DNA of 64,000 nucleotides from assembly GCF_018350175.1 (NCBI RefSeq), contig NC_058383.1, positions 35,588,001 through 35,652,000 on the forward strand, written 5' to 3'. The translations under genes and the position numbers were made by a program. This document shows, one piece after another, positions 11,591 to 23,340 of the stretch (positions are counted from its first letter, which is position 1; the number at the start of each line of letters is the position of its first letter). This DNA is from Felis catus. Its lineage: Eukaryota. Below the pieces are notes generated by a model. That model did not search any database, was not told the DNA's origin, and worked only from the letters and a program-made list of their open reading frames with translations.

Positions 11591-12777
11591 AAAGAGCATT
11601 TTAATTTTCCTGATGGAAAAGAAGAGCTGAAATTATAAATAAACCACAAGGAAAGGACTTCAGACACTAAATCCTTGACTACAGGTTTTGCAATGTTATT
11701 CCCAAGACGGCTTTGCATTCACAAATAAATTTGACTCCAATATAGATGAACTTTTTATTTTTTTCAGGGAGATAATTATATCCAGCACCATTACGCAATT
11801 CCAATTGAGTATACTAAGTCGGAGGGAGTCAGCAAAGCATTTCTGGAAATTAATCTAAATAAACCAGGTGAACATTCTGATCTGAAACCTAGAGCAGAGA
11901 ACTTGCACAGCTTTACCTGCCTGAGTGCTGAGTTTTGCGATCAATTTATATTCAAAAGAAAATACTATGATGGTAAGAGGTGAAATGATCTGTGTTCACA
12001 CATCTCAGAATATTTAGGTAAACTCGTGGGTGCCTTTATTATTTTTTTTTTATTCTGGAGGGTGGTATGTATATTGTACAAACTACCCAGCAATCATTGG
12101 GTACTAGATGATAAGTGAGCTCGTAGAAGGCATCCAAATGAGTACCCAGCTCCAAAAGGAGCTATTCTCTTCTCCTTTAGTAATTAAGCATTCAAACCAG
12201 TAAACAGCTTGGTTGGAATGATTTTATGACAAATGACCGAGAGCATATCAACCGTAAAACTCAGCTCGGCAAAAATCCCTCAAGCCCAGGAAGCTCAATC
12301 AATGTAGAGCAGACAGCAAGCCTCAGCGGCGGCAGCATTCTCTCACTCTGAGCCGCATAAATCCAACGAGGCCAGAATTGCTCTACTAACTTTGACACGA
12401 GAAAAGAGCGAGGAGGAGGAGGCAGGCAGGCAGGCTCAGGGTAGGACGTAGGGAATAAAAGGGAGATAAGAAATGCATTGCTGTTTCTCCCTTTTGGTCT
12501 GTTGCTTCTTCTGCTTGTGGGAGTCGATGAAGAGGACCAAACTGCACTGTGTCTATCAAGGCAGATATGAGAAAAATTCAAAGAGAAGAAGCGAACAGTC
12601 ACCAAGACATGGGGCAAGAGAGAAGGGGAGACGTGGGGTGACAGCAGGATGATCCTGGTACAAATGGGGTTCCTCAAGCATCCCCCAGTGTAAGCGTGAA
12701 TGCAAAAGGCAAGCACACATTTTTTAACTCAATGAGCCTATCAATGTGGTTGATCATTTTTGTACTGTATTTTCCCA

Positions 12778-13040
12778 GTATTTTATTATGAAAACATTCA
12801 AACCTGCAGCAAAGTTGAAATAACTTTATAGCAAACACCCATACACCCACCACCTATGCTCTATTAGTATTTCACTCTAATTGTTCTACCCCAGATCTTC
12901 CCATCTGCCCATCCCTCTATTCATCCAACAACTTCTGCTTTTGGTGCATTCCCAAGAAAATTTTAGGCATTATTACCATCCGCCCTATATACTTTAGCGT
13001 GGATGATATTAACTTAGGTTTAACATTTGTATTTTTACGG
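12778..13040 (-). mobile_element. L1MC4/5-like 3' end
   Basis: TTTTATTATGAAAACATTCAAACCTGCAGCAAAGTTGAAA...ACACCCATACACCCACCACCTA. Confidence 0.7.
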
Positions 13041-14029
13041 CACTACTTTCCTAATACTACGAAATAGTTAATAAATTTTGAAATTTGCACAAATTCCACC
13101 CCACCGAAAAACTGGTGAAAAATTGTGGCAAATTTCTTGTTCCATCCTCCTGGCTTCTCTCACGTGTACGTAGCACATTAATTAGACTGAGATCATTCTA
13201 TTTCATCCAATAATGTCAAAGTTATTGGAGGTTTGGAGTGCATCCAAATTTCATTTCAATCTATCACTTCAATGTTATAGATGACAAATCAATATTTTTA
13301 ATACTTTTCCATCTTAATGTTTTCTGGTGGAATGGAGCCAGCACATCTCGCAAGAAATATGCAGATTACTAAGGCTATGCTTTGAACATAATGGAATGCA
13401 AAACACTGGTTTTATGGTAGATGCAGGCAGTGGGTCACTGGAGTAGATGGACGCTCAGCAGGAGGTGGAGAAATTAACACCTTTCTGATGTTGAAAGCAG
13501 TGGTAACTTGTTACTGAGTCACCTATTCCAACTGGGATCCTATTAAAGTGTTTGATTTGAGGGCAAGGACATAAAATCTCAATTAAAAATATTGTTTGCT
13601 AAATCCTGGACTCACGCTGGCACCCGTGGAAATTTCATATAAACCAGCAGCATCTAAAATTCAATTATGTAAGTCTAAGATTATACCTGGTCGGAGACAG
13701 CTTTGTTATGAAAATAATAACAAGTGCATTACGATAATCACCAATTCTTCGTACGATCATGGGGTAGCAAAGGGTCCAGTTTCAACACCCAGGATGGCTT
13801 CTCCTGGCTTTATCAGCTCAGACATGTTAAGTAGTAAGCCAGTGATAACCAATGGACTAAGGAAATAAAACACTATTATTGGCTTTCTTCAAACATTTCC
13901 TGCAGTCCAAGACAAATAAATTCCCAATTCAGGTGACAGAGGGAGTGCTATGCACTCTACTTTCACAGTACTTTATCCAGCTAGTGACTCCATAACCATT
14001 TCACTTAGAATTGCTGACCGTGAAATAAT

Positions 14030-14110
14030 TAGTCCATGAAGGCAAAGGCCTATCTCTCACATACCACCCTATGCCCAATGCATAAATAAATGATGTCTGA
14101 ATGAATGAAT
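14030..14110 (+). mobile_element. L2 tail fragment
   Basis: GAAGGCAAAGGCC...AATAAATGATGTCTGAATGAATGAATG. Confidence 0.5.
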
Positions 14111-14176
14111 GTTTATGTCCAGCATCACTGAAGATACAACTTTCTGTATCTATTACCGTATCTGTCTCTCTTACAG

Positions 14177-14220
14177 TGATGGAGAAGGTATACCTTCAGA
14201 TACCATACTCTGGTCACCAG
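14177..14220 (+). other. Candidate 44-nt internal exon (unknown transcript)
   Basis: Acceptor TCTGTCTCTCTTACAG, donor CAG|GTAATT; two open frames (DGEGIPSDTILWSP / MEKVYLQIPYSGHQ). Confidence 0.3.
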
Positions 14221-15199
14221 GTAATTTTAATGTTCACCTATCTCTAATAAACTGCTGTTAACACAATAGCAAGAAACGTATGTCAAGAAACACCAAATCT
14301 GAGTTAAAAAAAAGAGTGTCTTAGTCGTCTGCAAACATCAACTATGCTTGAGCCAGCCCAGTTTTAGCTCCTGCTGCTATTTTAAGGCTCAGATGCAATT
14401 AAGTGCCAAAATGCCATAATATCACATCCATCACCAGCTCCTCTCTCTGACCCATTATTAAAACCAAGAAGTGCCGTGAGGCTATGAGAATTATTCAATA
14501 CAAATGACTTAACAGCTATTGATAAATTTACCTTTAACAAATGCCCTCTGGTAGAGCCCATGATTCAATAGGTTTTGTTATTTTTTTTTCCTTCTCCTGG
14601 ATCCCATTTGGCTTTATCCAGCACACCACTCAATGCAAATACAACAGCTGCAGTTCTGACAGTAACAGAAAGATCATAACCCTATACACCTCTACTGAAA
14701 TCTTAATGTTAGCCCCTGGGTGATAGCTACATCAATTTCAAAGATGTCCTTCTAACCCAGGACTGTTAGAGAGAAAAATTCATAAAACTCTGAGAGCACC
14801 TTCTTTTCATTTCTGTGTCTACTAACTCCCAACAGCCAGAGATAGTTAGCTTGGTCCTTATTATATTCTGAGGATGTAGAGAAAGAGAAGTCTTTCAGAA
14901 ATGTGTTTCCTGCTGACTATTATTCCAAGAGAGACAGAAAGCAAGAGGAAATGAAAACATTTTACATTGCATTCTTCAGTGATTTTAATCATAAGGCTGT
15001 TCTGTTGACAACGGAAAACTTTCCAACTCACTGTTATCCTTAAACAAGAATTTGTACACTGCAACTCTGTAGGCTCATTATTCAATGAGGTCACTTAGAC
15101 TTGTTACCCCCAATATACTGATTAGGAGATGCCACAGGATGAGCCTATAGGAAGTAAATAAACTATGCAATGAAGGGAAAGAGGAGCTTTGACATCAAC

Positions 15200-15330
15200 T
15201 TGGCTGCCTCCTAGGTATGTGTTCATGGTCAGGTTATTTCAACTCTCTAGAACCTCAGTGTCCTCTATAAACTGGGGAAAATAGAAGCCCTACTTTATGG
15301 TTATGAGTAGAAAGCACCTCAGTAATAACA
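15200..15330 (+). mobile_element. MIR SINE fragment
   Basis: CAGGTTATTTCAACTCTCTAGAACCTCAGTGTCCTC...GGGGAAAATAG. Confidence 0.55.
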
Positions 15331-15419
15331 ACAGCAGCAAGAACCTGCATCCGCTGAGTGCTTCCTGCGAGAAATTCTAACTCTCCTGTATTAAAAGCTC
15401 GCTCTGAATCGGGTGCTGG

Positions 15420-15590
15420 GTAAGCTTTATATGTGCCTCCATTCTCTCATCTAATCAGGTTGGTGCTATTACCGATTTACTGTATTCATGAGGAACTCTG
15501 ACTCAGAAGAGACTGTCAACTTGCCCAAACAAGATCTCACATCTAATTCATAGCAGACCCAAGACTCAAATCCAGCTGTGTTTGAGGCCA
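15420..15590 (-). mobile_element. MIR SINE fragment
   Basis: ATGAGGAACTCTGACTCAGAAGAG...AACTTGCCCAA. Confidence 0.6.
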
Positions 15591-15762
15591 CAACCTGTTC
15601 TCTGGAACACCGTATGGCCTCCCTAATAGTTGCTCAGTAAATGTTGGCTTCCAATACCAAATGTGGACAGATTTGTCAGACTTTCCATAAATACCCAGAT
15701 AAGCTCCTCTTGCCATGTGCTGCCATGTCATGATCCCTCATTCTTCCCCCTTTTAAAAAAAA

Positions 15763-15974
15763 ATTTTTTTTAATGTTTATTTATTTTTGGGACAGAGAGA
15801 GACAGAGCATGAACGGGGGAGGGGCAAAGAGAGAGGGAGACACAGAATCGGAAGCAGGCTCCAGGCTCTGAGCCATCAGCCCAGAGCCTGACGTGGGGCT
15901 CAAACCTGCGGACCGCGAGATCGTGACCCAAGCTGAAGTCGGACGCCTAACCGACTGAGCCACCCAGGCGCCCC
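15763..15974 (-). mobile_element. Young Can-SINE (SINEC_Fc2-like)
   Basis: GAGCCATCAGCCCAGAGCCTGACG...GGACCGCGAGATCGTGACC; many CpGs kept; TSD ~CTTCCCTTTTAAAAA. Confidence 0.95.
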
Positions 15975-16176
15975 ATCTTCCCTTTTAAAAACACTTACCT
16001 TACTCAATTATTTTCTGAGGTCTATGTTCTTCCTGAAACCAAGTCAGAGACCTTACCAGTCTTGTGTGCTGCTGCATTTTGTAGGTATTCAACAAAATCT
16101 TATTTGATGAAGCATAAAAACTAAGATAAGTGATTATAACCTCTGAGAATTCTTAATACATCAAAACCAATTTCAT

Positions 16177-16263
16177 GGGACACCTGGCTGGCTCAGTGGG
16201 TAGAGCATGGGACTCTTGATCTTGGGGTCAAGTGGGGTATAGAGCTTACTTTAAGAAAAAAAA
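16177..16263 (+). mobile_element. Short, older Can-SINE (head plus A tail)
   Basis: GGGACACCTGGCTGGCTCAGTGGGTAGAGCATGGGACTCTTGATCTTGGGGTC...AAGAAAAAAAAA. Confidence 0.8.
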
Positions 16264-16313
16264 AGTTTAAACTGTATATATTCCAAATAATGTATGTATG
16301 TATGTATGTAAAT

Positions 16314-16549
16314 NNNNNNNNNNNNNNNNNNNNNNNNNNNNNNNNNNNNNNNNNNNNNNNNNNNNNNNNNNNNNNNNNNNNNNNNNNNNNNNNNNNNNNN
16401 NNNNNNNNNNNNNNNNNNNNNNNNNNNNNNNNNNNNNNNNNNNNNNNNNNNNNNNNNNNNNNNNNNNNNNNNNNNNNNNNNNNNNNNNNNNNNNNNNNNN
16501 NNNNNNNNNNNNNNNNNNNNNNNNNNNNNNNNNNNNNNNNNNNNNNNNN
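16314..16549. other. Assembly gap (others at 23971-24196, 26564-26741, 34262-34389, 34826-34973, 45758-45887, 47476-47759, 58842-58981)
   Basis: N runs. Confidence 1.
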
Positions 16550-18024
16550 GAGACGAGGGAGGAAGGCTGGGTCTATAGATCTCTGGCATTTTCACACAGC
16601 ATGGTACAGAACCCATAATGGCACTCAATTACATATGCCTATTTATTGCCTAATTGATATACTATTAACACCATAAATAACATTAGAAAAAATATTTCAC
16701 CAGATAAACAAGCTCAGTTAACACAAAATGTTATCAGTAAAATGACACAATAAATAACAGTGAAAATCCATTAAGTCACACTTCCTAAGTCTTGTACAGT
16801 ATGTCTTTTAAAGGGGGAGAGAGTTAGCAAACACAACCTAATCCTCATGATGCTGAGATTGGCAGAGTGTTATGTTTTCTACTGGCTTTACAATTGTGAG
16901 GCTATAAGGTATGGATTGCCTATGAAAGTTTTATGTGAAGAAAATGACTTTGGATGGTGGGTCAGGGCTGAAAATAAATTGTGATCCAGACATATCTGGG
17001 CATGTAGGTTGACAACACCAAGGAATCTATTTGCAGAAGTTGATATCCATGAGATGGACAGTGCCTAGATGATGTGTTTTTGCTTGTGCAAAAGAGGTAG
17101 TGATCAGAGGGAGAGAGTTGGGGGCCGCATGGAACAGCAACTTTATTTATTTATATGTAAATATATAAATTTATAAATATATAAAAGACAATGTCTGATT
17201 TTAAGGAGAGTAACCACAAAAAGATGCTGGAAGTCCCACTTTTAGGACTGATTCTGTGAACACTCTATCAGCGGTGCTTCATACATTCCAGGTGACACAG
17301 TACAGCCCAGCGAGGTCATGTAAAAGTCCCCTCATGTGGCACATTACGTGGACGTTCTCTGGTAGCATGAATCAGGGTAGGTCCAACAGAACACAGGTAA
17401 AACTGGCTAACACCTCAGAGACCTTGTGCAGAGGGAATGCTGGCAGGGAAGCAGAACTCCCCAGGAAGAGATCAGATTTGAGGTTGCACGTAAGTAAGAC
17501 ACCTCCCAGAGTCTTCCAAATACCTGGAGAAGACAGGTGGCTGGGAGATGCAGTTCCCATGAGCTACACATAAACGTTCCAATGACCAGGCTTACTAAAA
17601 CCTCACGTGCACTTGCAGACTAGTGAGTACTAGTGACACTCGAAACATATTTGCCAATATTCCCATTTTCTGCACTGTGTACACTTTGCACAACAATAAG
17701 CTGCAAGTAGGAGCTCAATTAACTTGACAACGACTGAGGTTTCATAAGACAACAATAGCACCACTGTCTGATTACTGGGACTTGATATTAAGTCTGGAAA
17801 TCACATTAGAATCCATATTAGTATACACTTCAATTGTGTATTATTTGAAGATTAGTATATATTTTCCAAGTTATTTGGGGCAATCTAGGTCATACGCATT
17901 TCAATATGAATTTTAGAATCAGTTAGGGAACTTCTCCAAAAAAAAGCCTGCTGTGATTTGATTGGTACTGCACTGAATCTATAGACCAATTAGGGGAGAA
18001 CAGGCAACTTAAAAATAAAGAGTC

Positions 18025-18230
18025 GGGATGCCTGGGTGGCTCAGTCCATTAAGCATTCAACTTTTCATTTTGGCTCAGGTCATGATCTCACAGTGAGTGA
18101 GTGTGAGCCCCGTGTCAGGCTCTGTGCTGACAGCATGGAGCCTGCTTGGGCTTCTCTCTGTCTCTCTCTATCCCTCTGGCCTTGCCCAGCTCATGCTCTC
18201 TCTCTCAAAATAAATAAATAAATAATTTTA
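18025..18230 (+). mobile_element. Can-SINE
   Basis: GGGATGCCTGGGTGGCTCAG head, CT tract, A-rich tail; TSD ~AAAAAT(AAA)GAGTC. Confidence 0.92.
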
Positions 18231-18776
18231 AAAAATGAGTCTTTTGAACTATGCACATAGTATCAATATAAGTGTCCTCTCATCTTCTTTACCTCAGCCA
18301 TTTCACAGAGTTCGGTACTTGTATATCTTTTATCAGATTTGTCCCTCGACGTAACTCATCTTCTAAATGTTATACAAATGGGATTTAAAATTTTTAATTC
18401 CCCATTTTTTAAACTACTATATACAGATACAACTTCTATATACTGATACTGTATCCTACAACCTGCTACACTCATTTATTAGTTCCAGTACCTTTTTTTG
18501 TAGATGCCATCAAATTTTCCACATAGTCTTCCGTGCTGTGTATGAACAAAGACTACTTCTTCCTTTTAAGCCACATGTATTTTTATTTCTCTTCCTTGCT
18601 TTATTGCACTATGTAGAACCTCTAGTACACTGTGGAAGAGAATGGTTAAGAGCTGACCTGTTTGCCTTGTCCCTGATCTTAGGGGTAGAATAGTCAGTAT
18701 TTCCCCATTAAGCACAGTGCTTTAAATTTTTCATAAATGCTCTTTAAGAGAGGAATTTCTCCCCTATTCTCACTTG

Positions 18777-18969
18777 TTTTTAAGTTTATTCATTTATATT
18801 TAGAGAGACAGCCAGCGGAGGAGGGGCAAAGAGAGAAAGGGACAGAAAATCTGAGGTGGGCTCTGTGCTGACAGCTGACGGCCCAATGTGGAGCTCAAAC
18901 TCACAAACCATAAGATCATGACCTGAGCCAAAGTCAGACACTTAACTGACTAAGCCACCCAGGTACCCC
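18777..18969 (-). mobile_element. Can-SINE
   Basis: Reverse body; TSD TCCCCTATTCTCACTT/TCCTCTATTCTTACTT. Confidence 0.92.
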
Positions 18970-19401
18970 TCCTCTATTCTTACTTCACTGAAAATTTTCA
19001 TCAAGAATGAATACTGGATTTTGTCAAATGTCTTTTCTAACATATTAAGATAATCACATGGTTTCACACTGTTTAATTTGTTAATATGATGAATCCTACA
19101 ATTTGAGTTTCAAATGTTAAAGCATGTCTGCAAGCCTAGAATAAAATCCACTTTTTTTGTGATATATATATAATTTCGGTTTGCTGCATGTTGGTTGAAA
19201 TTTTTGCCAATCAACATGAGGGATACTAGTCTGTAATTTTTTTTATGTGTGTAGAGTTTTGTTGTTGTTGTCTTTGGTTTTGGTATCATAATAATGCTAG
19301 CCTCTTAGAATGAGTATGGAAGTATCTCTTCTTTTTCTATTTTTTATAAGAGTGTTTTTGTAAAATTTACCAGTAAAGTCATCTGGGTCTGAAGTTTTCT
19401 T

Positions 19402-19570
19402 TAAAAATTTTTAATGTTTATTTATTTTTGAGAGAGAGAGAGAGAGAGCTCAGGCTCCAGGCTTTGAGCTGTCAGCACAGAGCCGGACACGGGGCTCAAA
19501 CTCACGAACAGTGAGATCATGACCTGAGCCAAAGTCAGACACTTAACCAACTGACCCATCCAGGTGCCCC
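19402..19570 (-). mobile_element. Can-SINE (SINEC_Fc) with internal deletion
   Basis: (GA)n joins directly to CAGGCTCCAGG; ends CATCCAGGTGCCCC. Confidence 0.92.
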
Positions 19571-19716
19571 TTGGAGTTTCCTCTGCGGAAAATTCTAAAC
19601 TACAATCCAATTTGTTTAATAGGTATCAAGAAATTCAGATTATCTAATACTTCTTGAGTGAATTCTCTCTGAGTCTTTCAAAGAAATTGCCCGTTTCATC
19701 AAAAAGTCTGAATTTT

Positions 19717-19929
19717 GGGGCGCCTGGGTGGCTCAGTCGGTTGAGCACCCGACTTCAGCTCAGGTCATGATATCATGGTTTGTGATTTGAGCCCCGTATC
19801 AGGCTCTGTGCTGACAGCTCAGAGCCTGGAGCCTGCTTCAGATTCTGTGTCTTCCTCTCTCTCAATGCCCCTCCCCTGCTCACACTCTGTCAATCTCTCT
19901 CTCAAAAAATAAACATTAAAAAAATTTTT
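19717..19929 (+). mobile_element. Can-SINE (SINEC_Fc)
   Basis: GGGGCGCCTGGGTGGCTCAGTCGGTTGAGC...; TSD AAGTCTGAATTT/AAGTCTAAATTT. Confidence 0.95.
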
Positions 19930-20999
19930 AAGTCTAAATTTCACAGCATAAAGTTGTTCAAAATAGTCCCTTAACCTTTTAATATCTGTAGTGATGTCAG
20001 ATCTTTCATTCCTGATATTCTAATTTGTATCTTCTATCTTTATTTCCTAAATCTGGCTGAAAGTTTATTGATTTTATTGATCTTGTCAAAGAACTAGCTT
20101 TCATTTTTATTGATTTTTGGGGGGCTATTTTGGGACTGTTTTCTCTTTTGCTGATTTATATTCTGATATTTTTTATTTACTTTTTTCTACTTACTCTGTA
20201 TTTAATTTCCTCTTTTCCTACTCTCTTAAGGTAGAAAATGGAGTAACTAACTTGAGACTTTTTTTTTTAATTCTGATTTTAAAAATGTTCAATGCTATAC
20301 ATTTCTCTCACATATTGTTAGTAACACCACACAAAATTTCATGCCGTGTATGTGCATTTTCATTCAGGTCAATGTCTATTTTGATTTCTCTTCAGATTCC
20401 CTCTTTGACTCTTGGATTACTTACAAGTGTTGTTTTTCTTCAAAGCGTTTAGAATTTCCCTGTTATCTTTCTGTCATTTCTCTCTAATTCAATTCCACTG
20501 TGGTCAGAAAATACACTCTATGACTTTACCTCTTCTATATTTGCTGAATTTTTGTTTGTTCATTTGTTTTCTTAATAATCCAGTCTAGAATAGGGCCTCC
20601 TTTGGTAACTTTTCCTTGTGCACTTGAAAAGACTGTGCATGCTGCTATTTAGGGGTAAAGAGTTTATAATTGCTAATTAGAACAAGTTGATTAACAAAGT
20701 TGTTCAAATTTCTATATATTTAATGATTTTTTGGCTATTTATTCTACTAGTTATTAAGAGTCTACTACTAAAATCTCTGGCTATATCTTCTTGAAACATT
20801 TCTTCTTTTCATTTATTTATTGTGTCATTTATTTCAAAGTTATTATGAAGTGCATTAACATTTAAGATTGTCATGTCCTCTTGATTAATTGGCCTTTTTA
20901 CATTATGAAACAACTTTCTTTATCCCTAACAGTATCTATTTTTTGTTTGTTTATTTCTAGCATCTATTTGAGATAAATACAGCTACCCCACTATTCTTT

Positions 21000-21534
21000 T
21001 TTTTAATGTTTATTTTATTTTTTCAATATATGAAATTTATTGTCAAATTGGTTTCCATACAACACCCAGTGCTCACCCCAAAAGGTGCCCTCCTCAATAC
21101 CCATCACCCACCCTCCCCTCCCTCCCACCCCCCATCAACCCTCAGTTTGTTCTCAGTTTTTAAGAGTCTCTTATGCTTTGGCTCTCTCCCACTCTAACCT
21201 CTTTTTTTTTTCCTTCCCCTCCCCCATGGGTTTCTGTTAAGTTTCTCAGGATCCACATAAGAGTGTAAACATATGGTATCTGTCTTTCTCTGTATGGCTT
21301 ATTTCACTTAGCATCACACTCTCCAGTCCCATTCACGTTACTACAAAGGGCCATATTTCATTCTTTCTCTTTGCCACGTAGTACTCCATTGTGTATATAA
21401 ACCACAATGTCTTTATCCATTCATCAGTTGATGGACATTTAGGCTCTTTCCATAATTTGGTTATTGTTGAGAGTGCTGCTATCAACATTGGGGTACAAGT
21501 GCCCGTATGCATCAGTATTCCTGTATCCCTTTAT
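21000..21534 (-). mobile_element. 5'-truncated felid-lineage L1 (L1_Fc 3' end)
   Basis: ATATATGAAATTTATTGTCAAATTGGTTTCCATACAACACCCAGTGCTC...; perfect 13-bp TSD CCCACTATTCTTT (20987-20999 / 21535-21547). Confidence 0.92.
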
Positions 21535-21920
21535 CCCACTATTCTTTAGACTAGTCTTAGCATGGCATATAGCTTTTTTTTTTTCATTTGTTAATTGCTA
21601 ATGAGGTTGTGTCTTATATTTAAAGTGTGCTTCTTATAAACAGTCTATAACTGGGTCTTGCGTTTTACTCATTCTAACAATCTCTGTCTTTTAACTGAGA
21701 ATATTTGGATCATTCACATTTAGTGGGATTACTCACATGATAGGTTTAAATCTGTAACTTACTTGTACTATTTGCTCTCTGTTCCCCTTTTTCCTCTTTT
21801 TCCATCTACTTTTGTATTAACTGAATATCTGTGTGATCCCATTGTATCCCCTTTGTTGGCTTATTACAGTTACTGTATTGTGTCATTTTTAGTAGATGAT
21901 TTAGGATTTATAATACACAC

Positions 21921-22136
21921 TTTTTTAATGTTTATTTATTTTGAGAGAGAGAGAGAGATAGCATGTGCGCACACACATCAGCAGAGCAGGGGCAGAGAGA
22001 GAAGGGGAAAGAGAGAATACCAATGATGGCACAGAGCCTGACATGGGGCTTGATCCCACAAACTGAACCATGAGATCATGACCTGACCCAAAATCAACAG
22101 TCAGATGCTTAACTGACTGGACCACTCAGGCGCCCC
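21921..22136 (-). mobile_element. Can-SINE (older subfamily)
   Basis: Reverse body ending CACTCAGGCGCCCC. Confidence 0.9.
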
Positions 22137-22404
22137 TCTAACACAGACTTTTAAAGTGTTATAACTTTTTTTATTCAAAACTATTTACAGATTCAGAGAC
22201 AGTTGCAAAGATAGTACAGAGAGGTCCTGTACCCCTTTCAACCAGGTAGTGACATCATTAATTCATTGGTTACATCTTAGAGTATACTATAGGATAATAT
22301 CATTACCAGGTATTAATACCAGTATAGTGTGTCTGCATACATTTATGCTGTTTTATCACATCGGTAGACTGGTAAAACCACTACTACAATCAAGATACAG
22401 AACT

Positions 22405-22602
22405 GGGGCACCTGGGAGGCTCAGTCAGTTGAGCCTCCTACTTCAGTTCAGGTCATGATCTCACATTTCGTCAGTTCAAGCCCCACATCAGGGTCACTGT
22501 TGCTGTCAATGCAGAGCCTGCTTCAGATCCTCTGTCCTCCTCTCTCTCTGCTCCTCCCCCATTCTCTCTTTCTCTCTCTCAAAAAAAAAAAAGACATAAA
22601 AA
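22405..22602 (+). mobile_element. Can-SINE
   Basis: Head GGGGCACCTGGGAGGCTCAG; TSD AAGATACAGAACT/AAGATACAGGACT. Confidence 0.93.
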
Positions 22603-23116
22603 AAGATACAGGACTAATTCATCACCACAGGGATGTCCTTCATGTTACTCCTTTAGAGTCATAGTCACCTCTTTTCCTCTCACCATCCTTAACACCTGGC
22701 AACCACTAATTTGGTTTTCATCTATAAAACTGCTATGAAAAACTGTGTGCATTTCTTGGGGGGGGGTGTAAATTTTCATTTTTCTGGGACAAATATCCAG
22801 AAGTATGATTGCTGGTCATATGGTACATGTACATTATTTTTTAGGAAACTACCAAACTATAGAAGGGGTGTCACATTTCATATTCCCACCCGCAATATAT
22901 GGCAGTTTTTCTATGTCCTTGTCAGATTTTGGTATTGTCCCTATTTTTTTTTTAATTTTATCTGTTCTAATATGTATGCAGTGTGATAGCTCATCATGTT
23001 CTTAATTTGCATTTTCCTTATGGCTAACGATGTTGAACATCTTTTCATGTACTTGTTTGGATTCATATATCCCTCTCTGGTAAAATATCTCTTCAAGTCT
23101 TTTGTCCATTTTCTTA

Positions 23117-23340
23117 TTTTTTTACTTATTTTTTTACATTTATTTATTTTTGAGACACAGAGAGAGACAGAGCACAAGTGGGGGAGGGACAGAGAGAGAA
23201 GGAGACACAGAATCTGAAGCAGGCTCCAGGCTCTGAGCTGTCAGCACAAAAGCCCAGGATGGGGCTTGAACTCACAAATGGTGATATCATGGCCTGAGCC
23301 GAAGTTGGATGCTCAACCTACTGAGCCACTCAGGTGTTCC
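23117..23340 (-). mobile_element. Can-SINE (SINEC_Fc)
   Basis: Full body; 17-bp TSD TCTTTTGTCCATTTTCT/TCTTCTGTCCATTTTCT. Confidence 0.95.

Larger units (their letters stand above)
17770..21920 (-). mobile_element. Old L1M (L1MB/M4-like) ORF2 to inter-ORF remnant, interrupted by four SINEs and an L1_Fc
   Basis: CATTTCAATATGAATTTTAGAATCAG...GCACTGAATCTATAGACCAATTAGGGGAGAA and further antisense ORF2 blocks; no intact ORF. Confidence 0.85.

Noticed and set aside
11176-11718. Longest ORF (180 aa, minus strand)
   Set aside because: Its middle (EREGEREADRE...) is the (GA)n tract, which lacks stops; the remainder is unrecognisable.
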